Shown here piece by piece: positions 1-17,473 of a stretch of DNA of 64,000 nucleotides (position 1 is the first letter of the stretch; each line of letters opens with the position of its first letter). This DNA is from Pelomyxa schiedti (Eukaryota; Protista; Evosea), in NCBI GenBank assembly GCA_020536535.1, contig JAHLWZ010000804.1:62001-126000 (forward strand), in the 5' to 3' direction. Made by a program: the position numbers and the translations under genes. The notes under the pieces are model-generated. The model was not told where the DNA came from, ran no database searches, and saw only the letters and a program-made list of their open reading frames with translations.

Positions 1-104
1 CAATGCCAGCGCGCTCCGTAGCACCAACGATGGCGATTGTGGACGGGTCGAAAAAAGACCACAGCGAGGGGTCGCCGTCCCCAGTGCAATCCACCTGGGC
101 ACAT
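1..104 (-). CDS. Probable ADP-forming acetyl/acyl-CoA synthetase, N-terminal CoA-binding domain (5' part only; runs off the window)
   Basis: Minus strand from ATG 104 reads MCPGGLHWGRRPSLWSFFDPSTIAIVGATERAGI, matching the family N-terminal motif L..FF.P.S(I/V)A(V/I)(I/V)GA(S/T). Only 34 codons are visible, and a competing open frame starts at ATG 154. Confidence 0.6.
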   Translation of the reverse strand, partial: MCPGGLHWGRRPLAVVFFRPVHNRHRWCYGARWH

Positions 105-510
105 GAGAAAACGCCAGAGTCTGTTACAGCCAGAGCCCCCTCGTAACGGTCCATATCTGCTTCTCTCACTGCGGCGGTGGTACGTAGCAGAAATCTGGGT
201 CTTTTTTTTCCTTTTCTCCTTCTTGAACCTTGGATCTGCTGTCCATAAAAAGACTATTGCTCTGTCAACACCTGACGAAATTCCATTCCTATTATCAACC
301 AACCCCCATCTCTGGGGGAAAATCGATCGAACGATTCTGAGGAAAAGTGTAAGATCCGCGAACTCGACTCGTTCCCTAAAATCTGTGACAACAACACGCC
401 GGAAGTCATGCGGTCAGGAAAAAGCCCTTGCACATCATCTCATCTAATGCTTTTGGGTTGTTCTTGTTGTGGCACCCTTTTTCTTGTTCTTTTCGTCTTT
501 ATCATAGGAT

Positions 511-4939
<4,429 letters not shown>

Positions 4940-5254
4940 CTGGTGACCTCTCGTTGGGCTTTTTTAATTTTAATTGTTAGTTTCGGTTGATTTTTCCAGG
5001 GACTTTTCCGATGTGATTGAGTATCATCAAGGGTTCTAGAACTGAACATGCTGGGAGTTTTCCATCAAGTTTCTGCTAAACTGGAGATCTTAGCCAAGAG
5101 TCGCGGCATAAGGACACTCACTGAGTTCCTTATTATACTCTCAGCAGATTCGTCCGCCTCTGAAACTGTGACAGCAATTCCCTGCGTCTGAGTTGTCACT
5201 CTTTGACAGGATCTCAGTTTGATTTCTGGAAACTTTTTCGGGGCCATCGATCAC

Positions 5255-8200
5255 ATGGCAGCTACGTGCGGCACGGGGCGCGGATGTGAGTGCCGGGGTG
5301 ACTTTGAGTTTCTGTTGTACGATAATGCATGTGAACGGCTAACTCCTGTTCTGTGCAATTACTTCGCATTGGGACAGTTTGAGCTTGCACGAGGTGGGAG
5401 TTGTTGCCCTTTTATGGGGGTGACATTGTTGGTTTGGTAACTGTTTATCTCAACAGCAACGTTGAGGCAACTGTGCAAAGTTGACCCCGACAAGGCTGTC
5501 TCCATTTTGGTGTCCATTTTACAATGTGGAGCACCGAAGCTCTGGTACATGTTACTGCACCGTTCTTCGTTGTTATTTGACAATACTCCCTAGGCACCTA
5601 TCTTCGTCTGTTCAATCAAGTGCTCACCTGGCATGGATGTGTCTTCTAGAATTCCTTAATATCAGTGAGGAAAGGGTAAACCAAGTTGAAGCTGCGTCCC
5701 ATTTAAAACCCTGCAGAGTGTACCCGACATATCTGAAATTGTGATGCCTCACCAAATCGAGTTTGAACTTGTAGTCTGCATGGCAACTTCAGCACTTGCC
5801 TTAAAAAATGTATCCTGTGGAACATGAATTATTAATCACTGTGAAAATAGAAATACAACCCAGAAGATGCCTCTAATTTGTTGGAGGTCTGTAGAACTTT
5901 GCTGCAGTCCCCAGATAGTCCCAGTGAGTTTTCTTGTGAAAACCGTTTATTTTTTACACATCATCCAGTTGAACCATCAATTGAGGCAAGTGCAATTGCC
6001 GCTGCTCACGCATTCATGGTCGAAGTTCCTCACTTGTGGGGATACATTTTATTAAATATTAGTGAAGCAATAAGCGGCAACACACCTTTTTTGACAAGCT
6101 TGCACAAGCGTACAGCAGAATTACTGCTAACCACACAAGATGATAGTTCAGTGAGATCCTCCAAAGTTTAGCTTTTTTTTGTTACATACTTACAGATTCT
6201 CACTGTCCTACAAAATTTGTTTTTTGATCGAGATCAGTAAGATTGTTCTCTTTTTGAAACTATCTCATCCACCAAAGTTACACCATCTACGAGCCTTCAT
6301 TTGAATCTCTTATCCAAGCATCATTTGAGTCATTAAGCAATACAAGACAGCTGTCAATATACCAATCCCTTCTTGCGTGTCATGGCAACGGTCCATTGTC
6401 ATGGTACTTTGCTTCTAATCTATGCTGTTTTACTCAAATGTATCGCAGTTTTTGTGCAACAGAAGAAAAGTTCTTATTGAACTACTCTCCAAATGTGGGT
6501 GAAATTCCGTGGCCCTTCACACTTCTGGTAATGCTGACGTTACTCCCCCCCCCCCCCCCCCCCCCCCCAATTCATTTCCTACACAGAATGCAGAAAACGG
6601 ATTAACTCGCTTCTGGCAAGCCTACAGCCTACAAGTGTTTGCAAAAAGGGTTCATTGCATGGAATATGCCCTTGCAGTGGCATTAAAACTGATTCAGGCA
6701 AACCATTTCCAAAAGGCTGCACTCTGCATATCACCATTTCCAAAGTACCGAATTTTAACTGCCTCCTTCCTGCTGACGTCAGTTTAGGTTACATGCCCTT
6801 CTCTTACTTCTAGCATGGGATCTTCCACCTGCAACAAGTCAGTTCAGGTGGCATCTAATTGAGACCCTCTGGACACCAGACTCCCAGGTATCGATTTATT
6901 TTTCTGTACTACTCTCATGACTTGTAGAATGTGCCAGTTCCCCTCCGAATTGCCTGTGATCGAGTATTTTACCAGCTTAATGTTGCAATTTGGGTAGCCA
7001 AGTCGATATACCACATTTCACAATCTGCACCTATGGCAGACCTTCCACAAGATCTCTGGATGACGGCTGATAAAATATACTGTGACCTACAAACCACCTC
7101 TCTTCTAGCTATACTATACCAAGAAAAAGTGTTACATGGAACTGATTTATCACCTGCACAGTTGGCCTCTTTATTCCCTGAGCGATTACTTGAAAAAAAA
7201 GTATCCATGTTTAGAAAAGTATTTACAACCTACTGCAAAATGAGGGTCCTGGCTCATTGAGTGCTGATGTTGTTCTACTTCATGCCTATGCAGCTGTTGA
7301 CAACTCCCTTTCCTACTTCACAACAAAAAGTAACTTTTAGAAATATCCTATTTTTTAATTATACTTTGTACTAGGCCTTTCATGCTTGGATGCAGTTTCA
7401 AGTGTATCTATCGCACCAAATTGCTTCATTCTTTTGACTGTTAACAGCACATTTTGAGTATTACTGATGTAGCAGACAGAGTGGCAACTTTAGGCATAAT
7501 TTTCGTGTCAGTATTTGTAATGCATACACGTTTATGCAACTGCACTACTGGCATCAAATCTGTTAGAAGAGCAAATTTTAGTGCTGGCCTACAAGCATTG
7601 CATACCTTTTTGAGTCTGCTTTCTAACATACTCAATGTATGTCCACAATGGAAAACAGAACTGACTTAGACCAGAATAAATGGTTGCCATCCCCACTCCA
7701 TGAAGCGAATGAATTTGCAAGCAATCTTAATCACTATGTCCATGACTGTGCCTTTCGACTGGGGATTATAGGTAGATTATTCCAGTCTGCCAATCCAGTA
7801 TGCACAAAACTTCACACCGTCTGGTAACCACTTTAGCCAAACAATTGCTTTTTGAGTCTTGCTCTCTCTGATCCAGAGAGTCTTTTATGCCTTTGTCTGC
7901 GTTATGATAATTTCAGTCTTTGCAAAGAAATTGCAGAATTTTATGCTATAAAGGAGCCACTTTTACATCGAGCACTTGTAGAACAAGACTTGCAATCAGT
8001 TTTCTCCACAAACAATGCGGATAAAGCAAGTAATGAATGATAACTTTGAACTCTATCAACAGTTAACCTCTTCAAGTATCTATTATCAAGAAGTTACTTG
8101 ATGATGGAAGTGAATCATTAGCATATAGTCTCTGCTTGGACCTGTCAATTAATGCCCCAAATAAGGACTGTGCACTGGCTGTTCTCGGCATAGCATCAGG

Positions 8201-11200
8201 GTTGACACCTGGTCCATCACTGTCTCAATATAAAGACAATGTGAGGAACTTCGCTCATTTACTTATGGTAACAAGGGAAAAGATAGAAGAGCTGATTGCT
8301 AAACTTCAATTCATTTTTGGCGCATTCCCAAATGCAGAGCCTGAAATCCTATTCTCACCTTTCTTCATGGGATGTATTTCCTACAACCCACTGGTCCTCC
8401 AGAAATTGCTAAACAGACAAAAATTTTTTGAGAATTCGTATCTATCTCTCTGTGAAATTTTGTCTCAACCAAGTACCTTTACCATTCACCCTATCTCACA
8501 TTAATGCATCAAGGTTCTGTAACTCTCAAGACGCGGATAGCAAAACTCCAAGAAGGCTTTGATTATGCCAGCAAGACCGTTTTACAGAACAATGTCAATG
8601 TCAACACCCTTGAAAATAATTATCTAGGAAGTTTGGTTGGCCATGTGAGTGCCTGCACTTTGCCAAGGTTTGTGCCCTAAATGACCAGCAAAACAATTAA
8701 TAACTCAACAAGTGACGTTTCATTGCAAACGGTTTTACAGCGATCCCCTTCACGGTTCTTGCTTGATCTAGTCTTAACAAAGCACGACTGTATTCCCCTC
8801 TAGTAAAATTGTTGTTAACGAATTTTCGAAGATTCTACTGCTCACAGTCTGGCCGAGTCTATTGGAATTGATGTTTTCGCACTTGTTTTGAAATACATAG
8901 CTGGTTCCCCTGACAAAAAATCAGTTTGCTTCTGGGAAAATCCTCCTTCACTTACCTTGTCTTAGAATCGAGTTGCTCCAGAAATCGTGAATTTCATTGG
9001 AAAAAAATCGGAGCTAACTGCTTCCCTATTGTGTTTACTGAGTTCCACTGCGTCACAGTTTAGCACTGTTCAACAATATGCACTTAGTCACACTCGGGTA
9101 CGTAGAAAATCAACTTCCTTGGGCTCACTCCATCAGGGATGCTTATTCAAATGGGCAAGAAATCAAGTCAAAATACATTCTATCATATCCCAGGCATACA
9201 CTGAGGTTCGACTTCTAACTCAGTGATAAAGACCCACCCATCCAAGGAATCTGCCCGAGACCAAGCTTGGACTTTCCTTCAAAGTATTGAACATCATCCC
9301 CATGCCGCTGACTGGGAAGAGCGGCACATTCAGTTTTACACTCACATTGTCAATGAATTTATCTCCAAACACGACTGGAACTCTGCTTTGATGTACTCTG
9401 AACAGTTTTTACCAAAAGGACCCAGTGATAAGTTGCTTCTGCAAGCTGTCGAACATGATGGGAAAGATGTTTCCCAGTTCCTACTTCGTTGTTCAAGTAT
9501 ACAATGATTTACTCCATTACATTTTCAAACAAAAAAAAAAGACAAGCAAAAAATTATCCCAACGGTTCTAAAACTACTTCCCACTTGGGACATCAATGTG
9601 GCAATGTATGTCAAATGTAGTTTCTTATCTTTGTAACACATGTACACTAGTGATTTACTCAACATGTGCAAGTGTCACCTCAAGCCACAGGACCCACAGT
9701 GGGCTGATATTTGCTCGGTGTTACACCAAATGAATGCCTACAGTGATATAACAAAAATACACCCTCATTGGAAGTAAGTAACTACGTCTCGGGGAAAAAA
9801 ATTTATGGAGCAAGGGACTGGCGTAAATTGGATGAAATTTGCAAGAGTGACCCTGCCCTTGTTGTACGTGATTTACTTCAGTTGAACCAGTACAATATGG
9901 CCAGAAAGGTGTGACGTATTAGTCGTTAATTGAGATACCCTCACAACTATCACAGATTCGTCACTTACTCAATGTTCCAAATGTTAAAAACGAGATTGAA
10001 GAGAGTTGCTTACTTCATATGCTCCTAGAATTGAATGGTTTCCTTCAGTCAAAAATGAATCTAATTAAATTTTAATTTTTATTTAAAAAAAAACCAAAAT
10101 TATGTTTCTTATGTTTCACTAGATACAAGTGCTGCAATGCTAACTCTCTGTGAAATGGGAACAGACGCTGTTGGTGTCGTTCATGCCCTCATTGACAGGG
10201 TACTGAGACTCCCTCGTTGCTTCCGCACGCTCACCCGCTTCTACTGTGCACAAAACACAAAAAGGTTTCTGTTTCCACGACCTTGTCCTCTACCAAAATG
10301 CAAACGAAGCTGTTCCTAATTCAATTCCTTTTGACAAACATGGCAACCCATGTGGAACAAGCAGAATTTGACCAATTGTCGAAAGTAGAAACGGGGCTGA
10401 AGGTACCTACAAGATGCTCTCCCAGTTTATCACCTTTCCTAGATTTTATTGCTTCTGCCACCCAATCTTCAACAACAATATGAAAAACTGGCATCCTACC
10501 CTCATCTCATCTTTGAGAGCATGATAATGGATAGCCACATAGACCAACTCTCAACTGTAATACAACGCATACCTGCAGTCAGGGTACATTAACAGTAATA
10601 CGTTTCAAAGCCAATCGTTTTTAGGATGACATGATTCTGCTACAATACGCCATAAAAGCTCTTTCGTTGGATATTCGGCCTACCCCACAACCTACCCCAA
10701 CTCTTGGTTCACCTCGTGGGTCTCGCCAAGGAAGCCAAGTATACACCAATATCCCAACTTCCAAGCAGGGAAGTCAAACATATTCTGGATCTCCACATGG
10801 GAGTCAGACGTATACAACACAAACAACATCACAGCACGGAAGTAAGACATACACCACTACACCTCAAGGAAGTCAGACATACACTGTAACAACTAATCCG
10901 ACATCCTCTCGTCAGAGTAGTCAAACGCACATTAACACTGACATGCCTCCCCCTGACCCGGCACCCAGTCCGCATTTTGCTCTTTCCAGTGCCCCTCCAA
11001 CCCCAGTTCTCAAACACAAAGAAAGTGTACCACACATAGCTGACATGGCATCAATTGTATGCCCAGATTTCTTACGTAATATGCGACTTGTTGGTGATCT
11101 GTATTACGACGATGAGGTCCTATTTCTATATCTTTCAGAAAACAATATCTTATTAAACCTTTCCAGGTGAGAAAAAATCACCGTTACTCTTCATGCCCCA

Positions 11201-13924
11201 ATATCAACTTGGCCAAGTCCTTGTTCGATCTTTGTCCTAATCGCATTCTGGTAAAATTAATTGCATAAAAATGTGCCTAAGTCTTGCTAAGGTTGCAGAA
11301 ACCTGCATGAAATATTTCTGGGATATCTCAAATGAAATCTATGCAATGGATGTGGGTTTCTGATACATTAAAAAACCTCTAATATTTTCAAGTCCTATCA
11401 ATCCAGAATTCACACAAGTGAACTACTCGAAGTAGCTCGACAGCTTCTTCTCTATACAAAGCAAATTTCTTCGTTTTTGAATCTCGCTCACAAATCTGAG
11501 TCACATCCTACCTCAAGAAGCCCAACAGATTCTCCCATATCACCTGATGAATCAACTGCAAGTTCATCTCAACTCAAGGATGTTGAAAAGGCTATTGAAG
11601 TGGTCGGCCTTTACACTGCCCTTCTTAATGCTGGTTGCACTTTTGGTTTAACATTAGGACAACTTTTCCAGCCTGAAAGCGGACAGTTACTACTTTCTAT
11701 TTAGACTTCTTCTCACATTTGCTCAGAAAACTCCTGGATAAACTGATTGAAGTTGATCGCCTATCTCTTGCTATAGACGCCGCTCAGAAATGTGGAATTT
11801 CACCTAACAAAGCATGGTTACGATGCGGTTTTGCCCTCCTAAAGATGGGGAAATATCTTGATGCAAGAAATATGTTCAAATCTTGCCTTGGTACCTGCCT
11901 TGCTTAATCTCCTTTATCTTACTTCACTTTAGTTCCACGAGAGGAACACAAAACTAATTCCGAAGCAGCAATAGAAACAAAACGAATTCTCGATCAAATT
12001 TTGCAGGTGACCATTCCACAACATTTTTAATTTGGTAACAATAAGTAGATCCTCCGCCTGGCACCCCAACTTGACGAAAATGCATTAAGAAAAAGGCTAA
12101 TGGAAATGCAGGCAGTTAGTGAATCACCTCATGCAAATAGGAATCAGTATTGTAATGACCTTTTTCCCCAGTAATACAATAGTTAAACAGCCGCAGATGA
12201 CCAATTCAGTGTGAACTCCTATTTACACGTACTTCATGTGTATGTAAAAGAAATCGAGAGGGTAAAATGATGATAATATTAAAAGGAAACCAGCTGTACC
12301 TGTTTCCAAGCCAGCATTCAACCAGCCTTTAGTGACCCCAATTCAACGGGATGAGTGCATGTAGCCTTTTCTATTCTTTTTACCGAAAATTGACTGGTAC
12401 AAGATTTTATTTGCAAACGTATGGCGGTAAAAGAGCCCTCATCAACTTCCTTGTGAATAACAACATGTTGGAAAATGCTTGCAAGTATTTCTCCTCCTTC
12501 ATATCCTTTGATACCTAATCAAATTGAAGGGAGGCAGTTGCAATACAGCTGTCTACACAAGCTTTTGTAGAAGAAGTTGTATTATATTGTATTTCTCATA
12601 ACTACACAAGCCACCTGAAACAAATCCTGTCCCAGCAAGGTTCAAAACGTGAGAGTATGAAAAACTGAGACGCTATTAGATTCGTCATTACAATCTGTTA
12701 TGACGTACCTTACCTCTGCTTGTAAGCATCTGAATAAGAAGCGTGCCTATGATGTTTTGCTTGATTTTCAGGTCTTCGTACTTTCACTTGCGCTATCTTT
12801 TCACATTTTCCACCAGCTATTCATGCAAGACTTCACTCGTGCAGGCCTTACATCTGTCAAAATGTTTCTTGACACCCCACCGGCTGATGTAGACGTGAGA
12901 TTAACTCATCTTGTCAATGCCAAGGTGCACAATACCGTGCTTACTACATCAATACTTACCGTGCCAACTTTTTAGCAATATTTCTCTGATGCTCTGTCGC
13001 AACGCTCGACGAAAATGACTACTGGAGAACTTTCTCAAAAGGTCATTACCTCAGATTTACAGATTAGTGTCACCAAGTACTTCCCGGAATTACTTAAACT
13101 AGTTGGTGACAGCTTTCAGGTTGTTCATCAAAGAAAAGAAGAATATAGCCATAGAAGTACAGAAGGCTACTCTCTTCGGACCGCCAGAAGAACGACAAGG
13201 TTTCAATACAAAAATTGTTGTGCATTCTTGAAGTCTTCACCTCTCAGCAATTCTGGAGCAACTTCTTTTGATTGGGAGCTTCGATCTTACATACCGCATT
13301 GTGCAACACTTTAGGATGTCTTCAGATGTGTACACACACACAATTCACCAACTAGCCCGTCGTAAACAATACTCAAAATTGATGGAACTGCTGAAACCAC
13401 TAAAAGTACTTCAGTCTGTCCTTTACTATGACATAACTACCCTACTCCCAGACTGCCATTGGCGAATCAGAATGGGAATCTGTGTTACTCTCAGTCTCAC
13501 AGCTTATCGCCACTGAAATGTCCGATCAGAAAACTGCCAAAAAACTCATAGAAAAACTTACGTCGCCACGAGCTCAAGTCATGTTCTGGCTCTACAAACA
13601 TCTTATTTCATTAACCTAACGAAACTTAGTGCGTACGTTCACTGCGGAATGGTGAAACAGGCACTTGACCTTGCTCTCCACAAGTCAGTCACGGACCAAC
13701 TAGGCGCCATACGGGAAGTCGCGATCCAAGTCAACGACACCAAAACCCTCAGTGCCTGCGAAGCCGCCATCGCCAAGCTTGCGGCTACACCCACGGCACC
13801 CGCACAGTGGGATGGAGACTACTCGAAACTCTTTGCCACTGCACCAGCACCACACACAGCCACAACAACCTCGGCTGCAGCAGCTTCTTTGCTGGCCACA
13901 AGCAAAGGCGGAGGAAAGTGGTGA
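5255..13924 (+). CDS. ZFYVE26: Spastizin/ZFYVE26-like protein (AP-5-associated), many exons, no FYVE domain seen
   Basis: N-terminal LCNYFALGQFELAR resembles the spastizin N-terminus. C-terminal YLTSACKHLNKKRAYDVLLDFQLFMQDFTRAGLTSVKMF and AWLRCGFALLKMGKYLDARNMF match the conserved C-terminal region. Exon ORFs tile 5.3-13.9 kb. Confidence 0.8.
6545..6568. repeat. C24 homopolymer in a spastizin intron
   Basis: 24 consecutive C between donor GTAATG (about 6528) and acceptor ACACAG. Confidence 0.9.
10721..10930 (+). repeat. Coding degenerate repeat, six units resembling (Q/H)GSQTY, in spastizin
   Basis: SRQGSQVY, SKQGSQTY, SPHGSQTY, SQHGSKTY, TPQGSQTY and SRQSSQTH in ORF 10631..11170. Confidence 0.8.
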
Positions 13925-14076
13925 TGAGACTCAGACTACTCTCACTGTTTGGATTAGACAGCACCGGCAAAAGCGGAAAGAAAAAAGTAGTAAAAAAAAA
14001 GGGAAAAATAACAAAGACTCGAAATGTCTTTTCTTTCATAGTTTCTTTCAAACAGAGTAAATTAGTATGTGCTTGG

Positions 14077-17000
14077 TTACTGGAAATTGAATGAACCGTG
14101 CTTGTCAAACACAGCCAATACTGTGCCCCCATCCTCCGTCAGAATAACTACACGGCCCGTGTTGCCGTGCTTGTGAGGGGACCCACCTCTGCCGGAGGGC
14201 ATGGCCCAGTGTGGGTCGCTTTCGTTGGCCGCGTCTACTACGCACGTGGTTGCATTGTGGCACACTGGCTGGTGAAGCCCAACAACGCTGCCGCTGCCCC
14301 CGCCGCCCCCGCCGCCGCACGCGATGTGGGAGTACGCGTTCTGGCCGCCGCCGCCGCCGCCAAACCGCCCGCTGTTGGCGTGGTGCTGGTTGTCTCCACC
14401 ATAGCCCCCAGTGTCACTTGTCCCCCACGCATCACTGTTTGACGCCGCGCCGCCGCCGCCGCCGTTGCCATTGACCCCTGGGCCTCCATTGTGGGCGCAG
14501 TCCGCACCGGCGCCGCCGGAGCCAAGGTTCCCGACGTAGGCCCCGCCGCCGCCGCCTCCACCAGCAAAGAAGGAGCCGCCTCCGCCGCCTCCGCCACCTC
14601 CACCTGCAGCCGCCAGTAGCTGATCCGTGCCCGTCTCGTGGATGAATGATGCTCCTCCACCTCCTCCTGCAGCATTCCGAGAACCTCCACTGCCACCACC
14701 TCCTCTCACACCGGATCCACCAGGGCTTTTGCTATCTTCACCTGAGCCTCCACCACCCCCGTCACACCCTCCTTTTCCTTTCACACTGCCGCCTTCGCCA
14801 GAGCCACCATCCTCCCAGCAGCCACCATATCCTCCCACCGTTACTCTGAGTGATGAACCAGGCTTGACACTGACAACTCCAGATACAAAGCCGCCGCCTC
14901 CACCACAGGTATCCAAGCCATATCCTGAACCACCACCAGCTCCCCACATCTTGACCATCAACTTCCTTGGCCCATTCTTTGTTGTGGTAGGTATTTGACG
15001 TCCTCTACTGGGTTCTACATGTAGATGAATTTACAGGTTTAGAATTGAAATGCACATTACCTTCACTAGATGTACTATTGGGAGTCCTTAGTATTGATGC
15101 ATAGGTGGGAGCCTGTGCAGGTTTCTGCTTTGGGGAGGCTGTTGAGTTTTGGCTTGGCGAAAACGGTTTAACTGTTGTGGGTGGTGATGGGGAAGGAGGA
15201 GCAATTGTTGAGGTGATGGAGACTGAAGGAGGGGATAGCTGTGGTTGCGTTAGAACCGTTGGTAAGGGAAGTGGCGGTGACAAAGGCACAAGAGGTGGAC
15301 TTTCAGGCACAGGTATTGGTATTGGTATCGCCGCGGTAGTTTGCAGTTGGGTAGGCATTTGGTTGCTGGGACTGGTCAGTGTTGGAGAAAGGGGGTGCCG
15401 TACCCCCAAAGTTTGGTTCATGTTGCTGATGTTGATTATTGGTGGCAAAGTGACAGGGGGAAGTGGCCGTCTTTCATCTGTAACATCAAGTCAAATAAAA
15501 GAAAGATTGTATGAAGGAACAAACCAATGGTTTTTATCGCTATTGAGTCCAGGAAAGAAAAAACGAGTGGAGGGTTCTCCAAATAATACTGAAATTGCGG
15601 ATAGTCTCCTTCCCTATGTGTTAAGCCTTCAACAGAGAATGCCTAATTGAAAAGGGAAGTGAGATTATTAGGTTCCAACAAAATAGAAATGTACTTTCAA
15701 AATGTTGTTACATTCTGTGAGCGGCTCTGACCAGTCTCTGGAAACATAGGACTTGTTGGAGAGAATAGCTTCGAATCTCAATGCCATTGCCTGCAGCTGT
15801 ACAGAGACTTTCTCAAGGTGACAATAACGTTCTTGGATGGAAAGATCTAGCTCAGTGATTAGGATAGAAGAAAGAGAAGAAAGTGCACTGAAAAACCATT
15901 GTAGGCTTTGAGTTGTTCTATCTGCCGCATTAATTCGGTGCATTTCTCAGATGCTGCTCTTCGAATCTCCTCCATAGTGTTGGTCAACTCCATGCTTAAT
16001 GCTTCAAGTGCCTTCATGGAAACAAAGTATGACAAGCTTAGAAAGAAACCAAGTAATGACGTATAAACCTGATTTTGGTGAATAACTTCCTTTTGCAGGT
16101 CATTTCTGGCGTTCGATAGCAATACCGCTCGTGACTTGAGTTCCTGAATCCCATTCAATAGCTCTTTTCTACACTGCTCTCCCCATTCATTGATGAGAAC
16201 AACTTCGTGGCCTTTGTGAGACCCAAAGTTTGCACACTCCAAACAGACTAAACATTTGCATGATCGGCAAAACAGCTTAAGTTGCTCTCGATGTTCCACA
16301 CATCTTGGAGCATATGATAGAGGCGGTGCTGTTACAGTCCCGCCGTCAATTCGGATCCGCTGGTGGGCACCAAGGGGACCTCGGTGGATGGTGTTATCGC
16401 ACTTGGAACACATAACTGCCCCACAATCAGCACACTGAACAGTGGCTACTTCCAGACAATCCATTGAGCAAATGATTTTTTTCGGACCAGCTGGCAGAGG
16501 TTAAGAAAAAGGTTAAAAAGAGGAAGGGATACTTCTTTTATATTTTTCCACGAGAGCAGCCATCACTTGGTTCGGGGGAAGAGCTTCTTTCGTAGTCCTC
16601 GATTTGCTGATGAACATAACACTAGAGCAAGTGAGGCACACAATGGCATCGAACTCCTTATGTGTTTCCTGCTGGAAACAACCGATGTCAGCGAAATACC
16701 GTACAAACAAGACACTCCTACCAGATTAGTATTAGCGCTCGCGACCAGCGAGTAGTAGGAGCGCAAGTTGTCGGCGCAGTCGATGCACATTGTGTGGCCG
16801 CAGTTGAGCAGCACCGGCTTGTTGTACATCCTGCCGCACAACTTGCACACCACCTCATCCTCCTCACTCTGCCCCCCAATCACGCTCGCGGATTTAGCGG
16901 CTCCGCTGTTGCCGCCGCCCCCGCCGATCACGTTGCCGTTCACGTTCGCGTTCGCGGTGGCGTTGGCGTTTGCGTTTGCGTTGACGTTCACGTTCACGTT

Positions 17001-17228
17001 CGCGCCGCCGCCGCTTGCTGCCGATCCCGATGCAGTAGTCGTCGTAGCGGCGGCGTTGGCGGCGGCCGACGACGGCGACGCGGACGTCGTGGTCCCCGGC
17101 GCCCCGGTTTTCGCGGGTGGCGCGTCGGACACGCCGAACGAGTCGGACGGCGATGTGCCGATTGCGGGGGTGGAAGGAGGGGTCGTAGATGCCGACGTCG
17201 TGTGCTTGTTGCGGTTCCTCTTGCTCAT
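14077..17228 (-). CDS. TRIM-like E3 ligase: RING, B-box1, B-box2, coiled coil, P/S/T linker, C-terminal glycine-rich domain
   Basis: RING CKLC..LNCGHTMCIDC..CLTC; B-box CSMDC..CADC..MCSKCD..H..H; B-box CVEH..LFCRSCKCLVCLEC..HKGH; heptad region; last exon KMWGAGGGSG...GGGGGFVSGVVSVKPGSSLRVTVGG. The 3' end is uncertain because an intron may overlap the TAA. Confidence 0.85.
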
Positions 17229-17473
17229 TACGCAGCACTTACGGCCGGATTTTTTTTTTTTTTATCTTTTTTTTCCACAAGTTGTTTGGGCGGATCAGCA
17301 GATCCTCAGATCTGAAGTTGTACCAGGAAGCGCTGTACAACTACCATTAAAGTAGTGGTGGAGTGGGCGCTGATGTTGCTGACCAAAGGTAAGATCTGTT
17401 TCACCCTGTTTCCCCGTTTGAACACACAACGAAGTTTGTGTTTGCAAAAACCCAAATCGGAAAAACAAAGCTA

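Noticed and set aside
13919-13927. TGG TGA TGA at the spastizin end as selenocysteine
   Set aside because: No redox motif or recognisable SECIS; read as a tandem stop.
14098-14998. Plus-strand Pro/Ala-rich ORFs
   Set aside because: Antisense shadows of the GC-rich glycine-rich exon.
16662-17355. Long plus-strand ORFs opposite TRIM exon 1
   Set aside because: Antisense shadows of GC-rich low-complexity coding sequence.
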